Of a DNA stretch of 64,000 nucleotides, positions 33,308 through 44,837 are shown piece after piece (the first letter of the stretch is position 1; the number at the start of each line of letters is the position of its first letter). The DNA lies in assembly GCA_964291395.2 (NCBI GenBank), contig OZ219857.1, positions 32,001 through 96,000 on the forward strand, written 5' to 3'. The DNA is from Alphaproteobacteria bacterium (GTDB lineage Bacteria; Pseudomonadota; Alphaproteobacteria; UBA2966). Under the pieces are notes generated by a model. That model was not told the DNA's origin. It ran no database searches and worked only from the letters and a program-made list of their open reading frames with translations. Made by a program: the position numbers and the translations under genes.

Positions 33308-34297
33308 ATGCAGAAAATCGCCGTTATCGACGGTCTCCAGTACGCCAACTGGTCGGAAACGATATTTCGGCAGATGCGCGACGGCGATGTCGCCGCCGTC
33401 CATGTGACGATCTGCTATCACGAGAATTTCCGCGAAACCGTAAAGAACATTGCCGCCTGGAACCGGCGTTTCGAACAATTTCGCGACTTGATATTTCCGC
33501 TTCACTCGGCGGTCGATGTCGAGAAGGCGATGAAGGAGAAGCGCACGGCCATCGTGTTCGGCTGCCAGAACTGCTCTCCCATCGAGAACGACATCGACCT
33601 CGTGCATATGTGCAGGCAGCTCGGCATCCGTTTCATGCAGCTCTCCTATAACAACCAGAGCCTGCTAGCCAGCGGATGCTACGAGGCGGAAGACACGGGC
33701 ATCACGCGGATGGGCCGGCAGGTCATTCGGGAAATGAACCGGGTCGGCATGGCGGTCGACATGAGCCATTCGGGCGAGAAATCGACCCTGCAGGCCATCG
33801 AACTCTCGCAGCGGCCGATCGCGATCACGCACGCCAATCCGGCGAAATGGCACCCCGCGCCGCGCAACAAGTCCGACACGGTGCTGAAGGCGCTGGCCGA
33901 GAGCGGCGGGATGCTCGGCGTGTCGCTCTATCCGCATCACCTGAAGAACGGCTCGGCCTGCTCCCTGTCGAGCTTCTGCGGGATGATCGCCGAGACGGTC
34001 GAGCTCATGGGGATCGACCACGTAGGCTTCGGCAGCGATCTTTGTCAGGACCAGCCGGACAGCGTGGTCGCCTGGATGCGCAACGGCAGCTGGACGCGCG
34101 ACGTCGATCATGGCGAGGGCGCGCCCGGCTCGGAGGGATTCCCGGAGCAACCGGGCTGGTTCAGGGACAACCGGCACTTCGGAGCCATTCTCGGCGGGCT
34201 CGAGCAGACCGGCTTTTCCCGCGAGGAGCTGGAGAAGATCGCTCACGGCAACTGGCTGCGATTCTTCGTCGACTCCTTCGACGCCCGGGAATCGTGA
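33308..34297 (+). CDS. Membrane dipeptidase (M19)-fold amidohydrolase with atypical metal site
   Basis: MQLSYNNQ, EMNRVGMAVDMSH, ITHAN and HVGFGSD; IDGLQY and GCQN replace the canonical HxD and bridging Glu. Confidence 0.85.
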   Translation: MQKIAVIDGLQYANWSETIFRQMRDGDVAAVHVTICYHENFRETVKNIAAWNRRFEQFRDLIFPLHSAVDVEKAMKEKRTAIVFGCQNCSPIENDIDLVHMCRQLGIRFMQLSYNNQSLLASGCYEAEDTGITRMGRQVIREMNRVGMAVDMSHSGEKSTLQAIELSQRPIAITHANPAKWHPAPRNKSDTVLKALAESGGMLGVSLYPHHLKNGSACSLSSFCGMIAETVELMGIDHVGFGSDLCQDQPDSVVAWMRNGSWTRDVDHGEGAPGSEGFPEQPGWFRDNRHFGAILGGLEQTGFSREELEKIAHGNWLRFFVDSFDARES

Positions 34298-36006
34298 TGG
34301 GGTGCCCGGACGAGCACCGGGCGACCGCTCCGCTGCGTGCCCCCGAGCACGTCATGCGGCTCGAACGCATGGGCGCGTCGTTCCAGACGCGCCTGAGCTT
34401 CATGCGGCAGCTGATCCGCCGCATGCGGAGCGAGCGATGGCGGCTCGAGCGGCTGCGCTTCGACCTCGATGCGGCGGGACGCGGCGTCGCGGTCTACGCC
34501 GCCCACGGCCCGCAGCGCACGTACTCGCTCATCGCCTACACGCACGAAATCGCACCGGAGCAGCGCACCGACCGCGTGATCGCGGAGGCCTGGGACGCCA
34601 CGTTCTCGTTCTTCGACGGCGTGCCGGACGATGCGGATATCGAACGGCTGCGCGCCAATACGCCGAGGCAGGAGGACGGCCGCTTCAGATCGAGCGAGCT
34701 CACGCTGGCGCGGGCCAACAAGAGCATGCGCCTGTTCGAGCACGTCGTCGAAAGCCTCGCCGCCGGCCGACAGCCCGACGCGGCCCGCCTGGCCGACGTC
34801 GGCTACCTGATGCGCACCACGGCGGTCTACGGAAGCGGCAAGTTCGGCTGCGCCGACCGCGCGAAGATCGCGGACCGGCCGGAGATGCGCGGGCCCTTTC
34901 AGGCCGAGATGCTCACCGTCTACCTGATCCGCTGGCTGAGCATCGATCTGGTCAACCACGTTGCGCGCGGCCGGGGCGGCGCGCGGGCCGTCGATCTGGA
35001 CGCGAACTATGCGCGCTATCTGGGCATCGGCAACGCCACCGGGCTGGGAATGGCTCCCTTCCTCATCAAGCACCCCATCCTCATCAACAATTGGGTCTTG
35101 GCACGGGAGACGGCGCTGGCGCGCGTGCGGGCCCTTCCGTCCGCGACCGCCGGGCAGATTGCCGGCTTCATGGCCCTTCTGGGCCGCGCTCGCCGCTTCG
35201 TGGGCGAGTGGAACGTCGATGACGAAGCACAGATGAAGCGCATTCACAGGCTGCGTCTCGAGCTCGGCGCATTGGAGAGCTGGTGCCGGGCCGGGCTTCA
35301 CCGCCCCCGTCCGTGGGATGCGATGCATCTCCACGCCGAGCAGGCTTTCTCCGCCGAGGGCCAGGAGTTCACCGCGTCGCTGCTGCTCGAGCAGCACGGC
35401 CCGGTCGTGGACGCGCTCGGCGACGAGATGAGCGCCCCGGAGCCGCTCAGGCTGAGGCCCGACATGCCGCTGGGAGAACTTCGCCGCATCATCGATACGC
35501 ACTATGGCTGGGCGTTGACCACCGACTATTCGCGGCCCGAGGCCGTTCAGCGGTTCTGGTACTACTCCCAGGAGAAGCTCGAGCCCCGGGTCGGGGACCG
35601 TCACAGCGAACCCGGCGCCGATCTCGAGATGCCCATCGCGATCGCCCGGGAAGTGAGCGGGCTCAGGCACCGGCTTCTGAAGCGCGACGCCTCGCTCAAG
35701 GTTGCCGATTTTCTGGTAGAGGCACCGGAGTACCGCAGCATCGTGTGGCGGGTGCAGATAGCCCCGAATTGTCCCTATGGCGAGATCCGCGACAATCTGC
35801 TCGGCGCCGGCCAGCGCCCGGTCGATATCCTGCGCTTCAAGCTCGCCTTCTTCGGCGTCTCCAAATTCGATCCGAAGTCCGACCTGTGGACTCGGGTCAA
35901 CATGTATCAGGGCGCGCCGCTGCCGCATGAAATCGCCGACCGGCGGGAGACGGAGTGGGTGTTTCCGACCAGACCCGGGAGGCTGTCGTCCGGGGCGACG
36001 CCGTGA
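34297..36006 (+). CDS. Conserved hypothetical protein, 569 aa, function unknown
   Basis: ATG overlaps the previous TGA; enzyme-like motifs RTDRVIAEAWD, RANKS, GYLMRTTAVYGSGKFG, GIGNATGLGMAPFL, FWYYSQEKLEPR and FDPKSDLW. Confidence 0.8.
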   Translation: MGCPDEHRATAPLRAPEHVMRLERMGASFQTRLSFMRQLIRRMRSERWRLERLRFDLDAAGRGVAVYAAHGPQRTYSLIAYTHEIAPEQRTDRVIAEAWDATFSFFDGVPDDADIERLRANTPRQEDGRFRSSELTLARANKSMRLFEHVVESLAAGRQPDAARLADVGYLMRTTAVYGSGKFGCADRAKIADRPEMRGPFQAEMLTVYLIRWLSIDLVNHVARGRGGARAVDLDANYARYLGIGNATGLGMAPFLIKHPILINNWVLARETALARVRALPSATAGQIAGFMALLGRARRFVGEWNVDDEAQMKRIHRLRLELGALESWCRAGLHRPRPWDAMHLHAEQAFSAEGQEFTASLLLEQHGPVVDALGDEMSAPEPLRLRPDMPLGELRRIIDTHYGWALTTDYSRPEAVQRFWYYSQEKLEPRVGDRHSEPGADLEMPIAIAREVSGLRHRLLKRDASLKVADFLVEAPEYRSIVWRVQIAPNCPYGEIRDNLLGAGQRPVDILRFKLAFFGVSKFDPKSDLWTRVNMYQGAPLPHEIADRRETEWVFPTRPGRLSSGATP

Positions 36007-36746
36007 GCGATCCGACGACGCCCCTTTCGCTGAACGAAATCGACTTCTACTTCACGCGCGCGGCAGTGGGGGCGGGTGCGCCGTTCGGGATCGGCGAGGA
36101 CTTTGCCGAGGCGTCCAGGTATCTGGCCTATCTGGGCCTCGATCCGGCCCGGGCCGCCCTGCCGGCTCTGCATGGACTCGGCCGCGGCCAGAGCGGCACG
36201 TCGCTCACGCTGCGCACCGCGGGGGATGCCATTCATGTCGGGAGCGGCGACGGTCTCGTCCTGTCCGCGCTCTACGCCGGACCGGTGATCGCCGACCGGC
36301 TGTCGATCGAATCGGGACGTGGCATGGAGCGGCGCCTGCGGCTCGACGACACCGACCAGCCGCTGCTGGTCCTGGGTGCGGTCGCCGCGGCGAGCATCGA
36401 CGCAGCCCGGATCGCTCTCTCCTGGCCTTTGCGGAACGGCGGGCGCGCGGCGGTCGAGCTGAGCGGCGGCATCGCGACCATCGCCGGTTCCCATGCCGGA
36501 GACACCGCTTCGCCCGGGCCTTCCCCGATCGACATCGTCCTGAACGGCGCCGCTTCGGAGATAGCGCCGGAGCGCGTTGCGACCAGGAGTCTCGCGGACG
36601 GCAGGTCCAGGGCTGTCCGCCACGGCGTGGACGTGGACGACGCGGCCAGAGCGACGGTGCTGGCGTTCTTCGACAAGTGCCTCGTGCCCACCACCGATCG
36701 GTCGCGCGATGCGGGGGCGGGGGCCGGACTCACGGACAACGACTGA
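36003..36746 (+). CDS. DUF3726-family protein
   Basis: SLNEI...RAAVGAG..FGIGED N-terminus and P..DRSR..GAGAGLTDND C-terminus; GTGA overlap with the upstream gene. Confidence 0.78.
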   Translation: MSDPTTPLSLNEIDFYFTRAAVGAGAPFGIGEDFAEASRYLAYLGLDPARAALPALHGLGRGQSGTSLTLRTAGDAIHVGSGDGLVLSALYAGPVIADRLSIESGRGMERRLRLDDTDQPLLVLGAVAAASIDAARIALSWPLRNGGRAAVELSGGIATIAGSHAGDTASPGPSPIDIVLNGAASEIAPERVATRSLADGRSRAVRHGVDVDDAARATVLAFFDKCLVPTTDRSRDAGAGAGLTDND

Positions 36747-36835
36747 GCGGCCATGGCCCGACCCGGTCGAGTAACCGGCAATGCACCGACATTCGACCTG
36801 GACCAGTCGACGGGGCGGGCCACCAGATCGGTGGG

Positions 36836-36923
36836 TGGCGGAGGGGGTGGGATTCGAACCCACGGTACGCAAGCGTACACGCGCTCTCCAAGCGCGCGCC
36901 TTCGACCACTCGGCCACCCCTCC
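36836..36923 (-). tRNA. tRNA-Ser(GGA)
   Basis: GGAGGGGTGGCCGAGTGG...CGCGC-TTGGAGA-GCGCG, long variable arm, GTTCGAATC and terminal GCCA. Confidence 0.95.
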
Positions 36924-37087
36924 TCGAGAGCGTGCGGCACGTTATGACCGCTCCCGCCATTTTGCAACGCTGGTCGCAGGGCCGGCAGCGGAGCGAGGAA
37001 GAGCACCCCATTCACGAGGTCGAACCACCAATTCCAACCAAATGGAATTTGCACTAGTGTTTCCAGAGGAGAACGGGAGAGCATTCA

Positions 37088-38044
37088 TTGTCGGTCCTGA
37101 TAACGGGCGGTACCGGCTTCATCGGCAGCCGTGTTGCGCGAGTTCTGTTGTCGAAAGACCGGTCGGTCGTCTGCCTGGACCATGCGCCGAACGCGCAGCG
37201 GTTCGCGGACCTCGACAACGAGTCGCGTCCGGCCGTCGTCCAGGGCGACACCGCGCACATGGATGACCTCGTTGCCGCGATCCGGGAGCACGGTATCCGT
37301 CGCATCATCCACCTCGCGGCGCTGCTGCCCCCGATAACCGAGGACGAACCGCGGCTCGCCATGCGGATCAACGTGATGGGCGCAACGAACGTCTTCGAGG
37401 CCGCCGCGAGACTGGGCGTCGAGCGCGTCGTCTACGCCAGTTCCGTGGCCGTGTTCGACGACCAGGAATACTATGGCGATCGCCCCGTCAACGAGGACGA
37501 CGAAGTCCACCCCTGCATCATTTATGGTCACACCAAGGTGATGAACGAGGTCGTCGCACGGCGTTACACGGAACGCTTCGGCCTCGACACGCGGGCGCTA
37601 CGGCCGGCCTCCGTCTTCGGATACGGCAGAACGACGGGGCGAAGCGCGGAGGTGTCGCGGATCATCCGCGGCGCCGCAATCGACGGCAAGTTCACGTCGA
37701 CGCAATCCCCGAAGCAAACGTCTTCGCTCATTCACGTCGACGATATCGTCGAGATGTTCGCGCGCCTGTGCCTGGCGGACGGCCTGGAACGGGGTACCTA
37801 CGTGTCGGGCGGGACGACCGCCAGCCTGGAGGAGATCGCGGCGATGGTCGTCAAGCACCTTCCGGACGCGGAGATCTCATTCCCCGACGGCGTCGACCTC
37901 TATCCGAACCTGCAGAAGTCGGACGGCAGCCGCCTCGCGCGCGACATCAAGTATCAATTCCCCGATATCGAATCGCGAATCGCGGAGACCATCGACGAAG
38001 CCCGTCTCGACAACGGCATGACTCCGCTGAGCCGGTCATCATGA
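37088..38044 (+). CDS. NAD-dependent epimerase/dehydratase
   Basis: ITGGTGFIG, IIHLAA, YASS and YGHTK; TTG start. Confidence 0.88.
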   Translation: MSVLITGGTGFIGSRVARVLLSKDRSVVCLDHAPNAQRFADLDNESRPAVVQGDTAHMDDLVAAIREHGIRRIIHLAALLPPITEDEPRLAMRINVMGATNVFEAAARLGVERVVYASSVAVFDDQEYYGDRPVNEDDEVHPCIIYGHTKVMNEVVARRYTERFGLDTRALRPASVFGYGRTTGRSAEVSRIIRGAAIDGKFTSTQSPKQTSSLIHVDDIVEMFARLCLADGLERGTYVSGGTTASLEEIAAMVVKHLPDAEISFPDGVDLYPNLQKSDGSRLARDIKYQFPDIESRIAETIDEARLDNGMTPLSRSS

Positions 38045-38355
38045 TCATCGGACGCATCCTGGGTTGGCTCATCATCGCTGTCGCGCTCATGGTGGCGGGA
38101 GCCGAGATCCTCGCCTCGCTCGAGGCCGGCGCCTATCAGGGGCTGGCCATCGGTTATCTCTGGTTCAAGATCGACGCGGCCAGTCTCAATCTCTCCCAAG
38201 CCGTGATTCAGCGCTACCTCCACCCGTTCCTCTGGGACCCCATGATCGTGACGGTCCTCCAGTGGCCGGCCTGGATCATCTTCGGCGTCCTCGGACCGGT
38301 GCTTACCTTCCTCTTCCGCAAACGCAGCCGCCGAGCTCCGACCGAGTCCCTCTAG
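38041..38355 (+). CDS. Small membrane protein, hypothetical
   Basis: 104 aa, two hydrophobic segments, SLNLSQAVIQRYLHPFLWDP; ATGA overlap with the upstream gene. Confidence 0.7.
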   Translation: MIIGRILGWLIIAVALMVAGAEILASLEAGAYQGLAIGYLWFKIDAASLNLSQAVIQRYLHPFLWDPMIVTVLQWPAWIIFGVLGPVLTFLFRKRSRRAPTESL

Positions 38356-38356
38356 G

Positions 38357-38890
38357 CTACTCGCCCCCGGCGTATCCCGGGTATTCCACGGCATCCACGT
38401 CCAGCCCCAGGGCCCGCACCTCCTCAACGACCCGCGACGACCACTGGATCGTGGCGCCACGGTGGGCGCCTTGGACAGCGATCAGATAGGCCTGGGAATC
38501 CGAGACATTGGTGACGCCGTGCATGATGTTGGGCGGCACCGCGATCATGTCGAAGGGTTCGAGCTCGATTTCCCGATCCCCCGCCTCACCGAAGTTGACG
38601 CTCCAGCGCCCGGTCAAAACGACGAACGCCTCATCCGAGTCATGGGCATGCGCACCGATGCCACAGCCCGCCTCGCACGAGACGAAGTTGATATTGAACG
38701 CCTCGACCTCGCCCACTCGCTTGTCCGACCAGCTCTGCTCCGCAGACCGTCCCGTCACCGGATACCGTTTTCGCTCAAACTGCGGCAACGCCATGTCGAG
38801 GAGCCGGACCGGAGAAACCCGATTGGGCAGATCCTTGTACCGGATCACGTACTTTTCGATCTCTTCACGTGGCAATTCGGCAGAGGTCAT
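38357..38890 (-). CDS. Cupin-domain protein
   Basis: [16 protein letters not shown] and [12 protein letters not shown]. Confidence 0.82.
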   Translation of the reverse strand: MTSAELPREEIEKYVIRYKDLPNRVSPVRLLDMALPQFERKRYPVTGRSAEQSWSDKRVGEVEAFNINFVSCEAGCGIGAHAHDSDEAFVVLTGRWSVNFGEAGDREIELEPFDMIAVPPNIMHGVTNVSDSQAYLIAVQGAHRGATIQWSSRVVEEVRALGLDVDAVEYPGYAGGE

Positions 38891-38975
38891 TCCATCCCTT
38901 CCCGTTCGAACGTTTCCGCCACGGCACCGCGCATGCGCCTTGGCACCTGGAGTCGCCGATGATACAAGCGCGCCG

Positions 38976-40778
38976 ATGACCGATCCCGCGCATATCCGCA
39001 ATTTTGCCATCATCGCACATATCGATCACGGCAAGTCCACCCTGGCGGATCGCATGATACAGCACTGCGGCGGACTTACGGATCGGGAGATGCGCGAACA
39101 GGTGCTCGATTCGATGGACATCGAGCGCGAACGCGGCATCACCATCAAGGCGCAGACGGTTCGTCTCACCTACGCCGCCAAGGACGGCCAACGGTACCAG
39201 CTCAATCTCATGGACACGCCCGGCCACGTGGATTTCACATACGAGGTCAGCCGAAGCCTCGCGGCCTGCGAAGGATCCATCCTTCTCGTCGATTCCAGCC
39301 AAGGGGTTGAAGCGCAGACCCTGGCCAACGTCTATCAGGCCCTCGACGCAGACCACGAGATCGTCATCGCGCTGAACAAGACCGATCTGCCGGCGGCGGA
39401 GCCGGCACGCGTCGCCCAACAGATCGAGGACGTCATCGGGCTCGACTCCTCGGATGCCCTGCTGGTGTCGGGCAAGACCGGTGACGGCGTCGCGGAGTTG
39501 CTCGAAACCATCGTAGAGCAGTCGCCGCCGCCGGAAGGTGACGCGGACGCCCCCCTCAAGGCCCTGCTCGTCGACTCCTGGTACGATTCGTATCTCGGGG
39601 TCGTCATCCTGGTGCGGATCAACGACGGATCCCTCACCAAGGGCCAGCGCGTGCGGATGATGGCCACGGGCACCGAGCACACGGTGGAGCAGGTCGGAGT
39701 GTTCACACCCAAACGCACGGAGGTCGGCCAGCTGGGACCTGGAGAGATCGGATTCATCACCGCGGGTATCAAGGAGGTCGCCGACACGCACGTCGGCGAT
39801 ACCATCACCGACATCAGGCGCCCGACGTCGCAGCCCCTGCCCGGATTCAAGCCGAGCATGCCGGTCGTGTTTTCCGGCCTCTTTCCGGTCGATACGGCCG
39901 ACTACGAACGCCTTCGGGAAAGTCTCGCGAAGCTCCGCCTGAACGACGCGAGCTTCGCGTTCGAGCCCGAGACGTCGGCGGCACTGGGATTCGGTTTCCG
40001 CTGCGGATTCCTGGGCTTGCTACACCTGGAGATCATCCAGGAACGGCTCGAACGTGAATTCGGCCTGGAACTCATCACGACGGCACCGTCGGTGGTCTAT
40101 AACGTCCACCTGACCGACGGCGGAACGCTCGAGCTCCACAACCCCGCCGATCTGCCCGACCCGGTTCATATCGACCGAATCGAGGAACCCTGGATCAGCG
40201 CCACGATCATGGTGCCGGACGAGTACCTTGGCGGCGTGCTCAAGCTTTGCGAGGACCGGCGGGGCGAACAAACGGATCTGACCTATTCGGGGACGCGCGC
40301 GGTCGTCGTCTACCGATTGCCCCTGAACGAGGTCGTGTTCGACTTCTATGACCGGCTCAAGTCGGTCAGCCGTGGGTACGCGAGTTTCGACTATCAGATC
40401 GCCGGCCGTCTCGAAGGAGACCTGGTCAAGATGTCCGTCCTGGTCAACGGAGAGCCGGTCGACGCGCTCTCCATCATCGCGCACCGATCCAACGTCGAAT
40501 CTCGCGGCCGGACGATGTGCGAAAAGCTCAAGGAACTCATTCCGCGCCAGCTCTTCAAGGTCCCCATCCAGGCAGCCATCGGCGGCAAGGTGATCGCTCG
40601 GGAGACGATCTCGGCCCTCCGCAAGGACGTCTTGTCGAAGTGCTATGGCGGCGACGTCACCCGGAAGCGCAAGCTCCTGGAAAAGCAGAAGGCCGGCAAG
40701 AAACGCATGCGCCAGTTCGGACAGGTCGAGATTCCTCAGGAAGCCTTCATCGAGGTCCTGCGTACCGACGCCGGTTAG
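38976..40778 (+). CDS. lepA: Translation elongation factor 4
   Basis: [36 protein letters not shown] and [18 protein letters not shown]. Confidence 0.98.
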   Translation: MTDPAHIRNFAIIAHIDHGKSTLADRMIQHCGGLTDREMREQVLDSMDIERERGITIKAQTVRLTYAAKDGQRYQLNLMDTPGHVDFTYEVSRSLAACEGSILLVDSSQGVEAQTLANVYQALDADHEIVIALNKTDLPAAEPARVAQQIEDVIGLDSSDALLVSGKTGDGVAELLETIVEQSPPPEGDADAPLKALLVDSWYDSYLGVVILVRINDGSLTKGQRVRMMATGTEHTVEQVGVFTPKRTEVGQLGPGEIGFITAGIKEVADTHVGDTITDIRRPTSQPLPGFKPSMPVVFSGLFPVDTADYERLRESLAKLRLNDASFAFEPETSAALGFGFRCGFLGLLHLEIIQERLEREFGLELITTAPSVVYNVHLTDGGTLELHNPADLPDPVHIDRIEEPWISATIMVPDEYLGGVLKLCEDRRGEQTDLTYSGTRAVVVYRLPLNEVVFDFYDRLKSVSRGYASFDYQIAGRLEGDLVKMSVLVNGEPVDALSIIAHRSNVESRGRTMCEKLKELIPRQLFKVPIQAAIGGKVIARETISALRKDVLSKCYGGDVTRKRKLLEKQKAGKKRMRQFGQVEIPQEAFIEVLRTDAG

Positions 40779-40837
40779 TCTCCAACTCCCCCAGCCGTTG
40801 AAGCTTCAACCTCGGTACAGACGCGGCCAAGCCCCGC

Positions 40838-41311
40838 TCAAGCGTCGGGGAGCAACCGCTCGAGCGTGAAGCGCAGGTCCTCCCGGCCCGGGATCTTGCA
40901 GACGGCGCTCGCCCTCGCCAGGGCGGTATCTCCCGTGCTCAGGATGCAAGACCCGAAGGCGAGATTGCGTGTGATGCGGATGACTTCGGTCTCTCCTTCC
41001 ACCCAATCCCCGACACGGCCGGGCGCGACGAAGTCCACGGAAAGATTGACGGTGGGCAGGAATGCCTGGATGTCGGATTGCACCACCATCGCGACCGCAA
41101 TCTGCAGGTCGGCGAGGGTCGCCAGCATGCCCCCGTGGCAGATTCCGGCGGCGTTGCAGTGACGGTCCTCCAGACGGATCCCGATTCGAAGCTTGCCTTC
41201 ACTGAATCTCGCCAGAAGCGGACCGTTGATGTCCACGAAACGACCCGGCAAATGAAGCCGGGTAAACCCCTCGGGCCTCCCCGAATTTGCCGTATCCGCC
41301 CCTGACGTCAC
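40838..41311 (-). CDS. PaaI-family thioesterase
   Basis: HCNAAGICHGGMLATLAD and PTVNLSVDF. Confidence 0.88.
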   Translation of the reverse strand: MTSGADTANSGRPEGFTRLHLPGRFVDINGPLLARFSEGKLRIGIRLEDRHCNAAGICHGGMLATLADLQIAVAMVVQSDIQAFLPTVNLSVDFVAPGRVGDWVEGETEVIRITRNLAFGSCILSTGDTALARASAVCKIPGREDLRFTLERLLPDA

Positions 41312-41319
41312 GATCCCGA

Positions 41320-43725
41320 TCAGCTCCGCAACTGGCCGCCGGTCGCCTTCTCGACGGCGGCGACGACCTTGGCGGAAACGGAATCGATTTCGGCTTCGGT
41401 CAAGGTCCGTTCCGTCGGCTGCAAGCGGACGCCGATCGCCAGGGATTTTTGCCCGTCCTCGAGGGAGTCACCTTCGAACACGTCGAAGACGGAGACATCG
41501 ACGATCAAATCCTTGTCGGCCGAGGCGGCCGCCCGGACGAGATCGTCCGCCGGAACGTCCGAACCGACAAGAAAGGCGAAGTCGCGATCGACGGCAGGCA
41601 GATCGGAAACGTCCAGCCTCGGCCGCGTGTGCCCCTTCTTTCCCTTCGCCTGGGGCACGGCATCAAGGAACACCTCGAACACCACCAGGGGACTTTCGAT
41701 GTCGAGATCGTCGAGCATCCCGGGATGCACTTCGCCGAAACAGGCGAGCACGGTCTTGGGGCCCAAATTGAACGACCCGGAACGACCCGGGTGATACCAA
41801 CCCGGCGCGCCGGCCATTGTCTGCACGGCGGCCATCGGCGCGCCAACGGCCTGGAGCACCGCCAAGGCGTCGGCCTTCGCGTCGTAGACATCGACGTCCC
41901 GGCCTTCACCCGACCAATGGCGCGCGGAGTTCGGACCGCGCCGCAGTCCCGCGGCCACCAGATGTTGGGCATCGGGCGTCACGCCGGCGTAAGCGGCGCC
42001 GACCTCGAACAACGCGATCCGACTCTCGCCACGATCGATATTCCGTTTGCACGCAGCCAACAGATTCGTCAGGAGACTGGGGCGCATCACGTCGAGATCG
42101 CTGGTGATGGGGTTGGCCAGATTGAGATCGGGCGCGGGATCGCCGAAATGTTTGGCCAGACGGGACGATGTGAACGACCACGTGACGACCTCCATCAGGC
42201 CCCTGCCCGCGAGGATGCGTTTCGCATCCCGCTCCCGCCGCTGGGCGGTGGTCAGCACCGTCCGTGCGACGGGGGAGGGATTGGTCATGGGCACAGACGG
42301 AATCGCGTCGAAACCGTAGATGCGCGTCACTTCCTCGACGAGGTCGGCCTCGCCGTGAACATCCGATCGCCATGGCGGAACGGCGGCCTTCATCTCGCCG
42401 TCGACGAGCTCCACGCCGAATCCCAGGGATTCGAGAATCCTCCGAATCTCTGTTCGCGGCACGTCGATGCCGCCCAAATGGTGCACGCGGCCCGGACGGA
42501 GCGTGATCTCGCGCCGCCAATCGGGCGGGCCGCCGGCAACGACGATCTCGCTCGGATCACCGCCGCACAACTCCACGATCATCCGCGTGGCGACCTCCAT
42601 GCCGTCGCGCACGAACTCGGGGTCTACCCCCCGTTCGAACCGGTAGCGAGCGTCCGAATCGATCGTGTAGCGGCGTCCCGTGGCCGCCGTCCGCACCGGA
42701 TCGAAGAGCGCCGCCTCGATGAAAACGTTGACGGTCTCCTCCGTGCAGCCCGACGACTCGCCCCCGATGACGCCGCCGAGCGCCAGCGCTCCGTCGTCGT
42801 CGGCGATGACCGTAACTTCCGGGTCGAGCGTGTATGACTTGTCGTTGAGCGCCGCCACCGTTTCCCCGTTTTCGGCGAGCCGCACGTGAATTCCCCCTGA
42901 CAGCGTATCCGCATCGAACACATGAAGCGGACGGGCCAGGTCAAACGTGATGAAGTTGGTCATGTCGACAAGCGCCGAGATCGGCCGGAGGCCAATCGCT
43001 TTCAATCTGTCCTGCAGCCATCGGGGGCTGGGACCGTTCTTCACGCCCCGGATGTAGCGGCCGACGAACATCGGACAGGCATCCCGCGTCTCGGGGTCGA
43101 AGCGGAGCTCGACACCGACCGGACTCTCGAATCCGCCGGGAACAGGCTCGGTCCGAAGCGGCTTCAGATTCCCCAGACCCGCCGCCGCGAGGTCACGCGC
43201 GACACCATGCACGCCCAGACAATCCTGGCGATTGGGCGTGATGGCGATCTCGATCATGGGATCGTCGAGCCCCATCACGCGGGCGACAGGTTCTCCGACC
43301 GGCGCATCTTCGGGAAGTTCGATGATCCCCTCGTGCTCGTCGGAAAACCCCATCTCCCGCTCCGAACACAACATGCCCCGGCTCTCGACACCTCGGATCC
43401 TGGCTGCCTTGAGCTTCATGCCGTTTCCGGGAATGGTTGTCCCCACGGGGGCGTACACACCCTTCATGCCGGTGTGCGCATTGGGCGCCCCGCAGACCAC
43501 ATCGAGGGTCTCCGTTCCCGTGTCGACGGTGCAGACCTGAAGCCGGTCCGCATTGGGGTGCGGGCGCGCCTCGACAACGTACGCCACCGTGAATGGGTCG
43601 AGACCCGCAGCCTTGTCCACGACCTCTTCGACCTCGAGACCGATGGCCGTCAACGTGTCGACGATCTGTTCGACCGAGGCATCCGACTCGAGGTGATCCT
43701 TGAGCCAGGCGAGGGTGAACTTCAT
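41320..43725 (-). CDS. pheT: Phenylalanine-tRNA ligase beta subunit
   Basis: [34 protein letters not shown] and RDFAF. Confidence 0.97.
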   Translation of the reverse strand: MKFTLAWLKDHLESDASVEQIVDTLTAIGLEVEEVVDKAAGLDPFTVAYVVEARPHPNADRLQVCTVDTGTETLDVVCGAPNAHTGMKGVYAPVGTTIPGNGMKLKAARIRGVESRGMLCSEREMGFSDEHEGIIELPEDAPVGEPVARVMGLDDPMIEIAITPNRQDCLGVHGVARDLAAAGLGNLKPLRTEPVPGGFESPVGVELRFDPETRDACPMFVGRYIRGVKNGPSPRWLQDRLKAIGLRPISALVDMTNFITFDLARPLHVFDADTLSGGIHVRLAENGETVAALNDKSYTLDPEVTVIADDDGALALGGVIGGESSGCTEETVNVFIEAALFDPVRTAATGRRYTIDSDARYRFERGVDPEFVRDGMEVATRMIVELCGGDPSEIVVAGGPPDWRREITLRPGRVHHLGGIDVPRTEIRRILESLGFGVELVDGEMKAAVPPWRSDVHGEADLVEEVTRIYGFDAIPSVPMTNPSPVARTVLTTAQRRERDAKRILAGRGLMEVVTWSFTSSRLAKHFGDPAPDLNLANPITSDLDVMRPSLLTNLLAACKRNIDRGESRIALFEVGAAYAGVTPDAQHLVAAGLRRGPNSARHWSGEGRDVDVYDAKADALAVLQAVGAPMAAVQTMAGAPGWYHPGRSGSFNLGPKTVLACFGEVHPGMLDDLDIESPLVVFEVFLDAVPQAKGKKGHTRPRLDVSDLPAVDRDFAFLVGSDVPADDLVRAAASADKDLIVDVSVFDVFEGDSLEDGQKSLAIGVRLQPTERTLTEAEIDSVSAKVVAAVEKATGGQLRS

Positions 43726-44798
43726 CGCGCGAGCCCTCCCGCAAGGGTGGGCACGTCGAACGGAGCGAATCCGTAGTGCCTCAGCCACCGGAGATCGGAC
43801 TCGAAGAACGCGCGCAGATCCGGGATGCCGTATTTCAGCATGGCGATGCGGTCGATTCCCATGCCAAACGCGAAGCCCTGCCATTCGTTCGGGTCGAGGC
43901 CCACATTCTCCAGGACGTTGGGATGGACCATCCCGCAGCCCAGGATTTCGAGCCAGTCGCCGCCCTCGCCAATCTTCAGCTCCCTTCCTTTACGGGAGCA
44001 GCCGATGTCGACCTCCGCCGAGGGCTCCGTGAAGGGGAAATGACTGGGGCGAAACCGCATGCGCAGGTTGTCGTCCTCGAACATGACGCGGGCAAACTCT
44101 TCGAGGCAGCCTTTGAGATGCCCCATGTGAATGTCGTGGCCGATGGCGAGCCCCTCCACCTGGTGGAACATGGGCGTGTGCGTCATGTCGGAATCGCAGC
44201 GGAACGTCCGTCCCGGCGCGATGATGCGATAGGGCGGCGGGCTCGACCGCATGTGGCGGATCTGCACGGGAGACGTATGCGTCCGCAAGACGAGGGGAGC
44301 GCCATCCCGCTCCGCCTCGAGATAAAACGTGTCGTGCATCTGCCGCGCGGGATGTTCGGGCGGGATATTGAGCGCGGTAAAGTTGTGGAAATCGTCCTCT
44401 ATGTCGGGACCCTCCGCGACGGCGAATCCCATATCTGCGAAGATGGCGACAATTTCGTCGACCACCTGGCTGACGGGATGAATGCGGCCGCACCCCTCGG
44501 CTCGGACCGGCAGCGTGACATCGACGCTCTCGGTCGCCAGCTGTTCGGTAAGGGCAAGGTTCCGCAACGCGGTCCGCCGATCCTCGATTGCCGCGACGGT
44601 CTCGTCCTTGAGTGCGTTGAGCGCGGTGCCCGCGGAACGACGCTCCTCGGGCTCCATCGCGCCGAGTCCCTTCATCAGGTGCGTGATCGTGCCCTTGCGG
44701 CCCAGGGCCCGCACGCGTACGGCTTCAAGATCATCCAAGCTGCCGGCCGCCTCGATATCCGTACGGAGTTCGACCGCAAGTTCGTCGATGTCCTGCAT
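43722..44798 (-). CDS. pheS: Phenylalanine-tRNA ligase alpha subunit
   Basis: [36 protein letters not shown] and GFAFGMG. Confidence 0.97.
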   Translation of the reverse strand: MQDIDELAVELRTDIEAAGSLDDLEAVRVRALGRKGTITHLMKGLGAMEPEERRSAGTALNALKDETVAAIEDRRTALRNLALTEQLATESVDVTLPVRAEGCGRIHPVSQVVDEIVAIFADMGFAVAEGPDIEDDFHNFTALNIPPEHPARQMHDTFYLEAERDGAPLVLRTHTSPVQIRHMRSSPPPYRIIAPGRTFRCDSDMTHTPMFHQVEGLAIGHDIHMGHLKGCLEEFARVMFEDDNLRMRFRPSHFPFTEPSAEVDIGCSRKGRELKIGEGGDWLEILGCGMVHPNVLENVGLDPNEWQGFAFGMGIDRIAMLKYGIPDLRAFFESDLRWLRHYGFAPFDVPTLAGGLAR

Positions 44799-44810
44799 GT
44801 TCTTGCTCAC

Positions 44811-44837
44811 AAAAAAGGGGCCGATTTCGAGGCCCCT
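44811..44837 (-). terminator. Intrinsic terminator between rplT and pheS
   Basis: Minus strand AGGGGCC-TCGAAATC-GGCCCCT followed by a U-tract. Confidence 0.7.

Noticed and set aside
36747-36835. Integrase or att duplication at the tRNA-Ser 3' end
   Set aside because: No recombinase ORF and no second copy of the tRNA 3' end noticed in the window.
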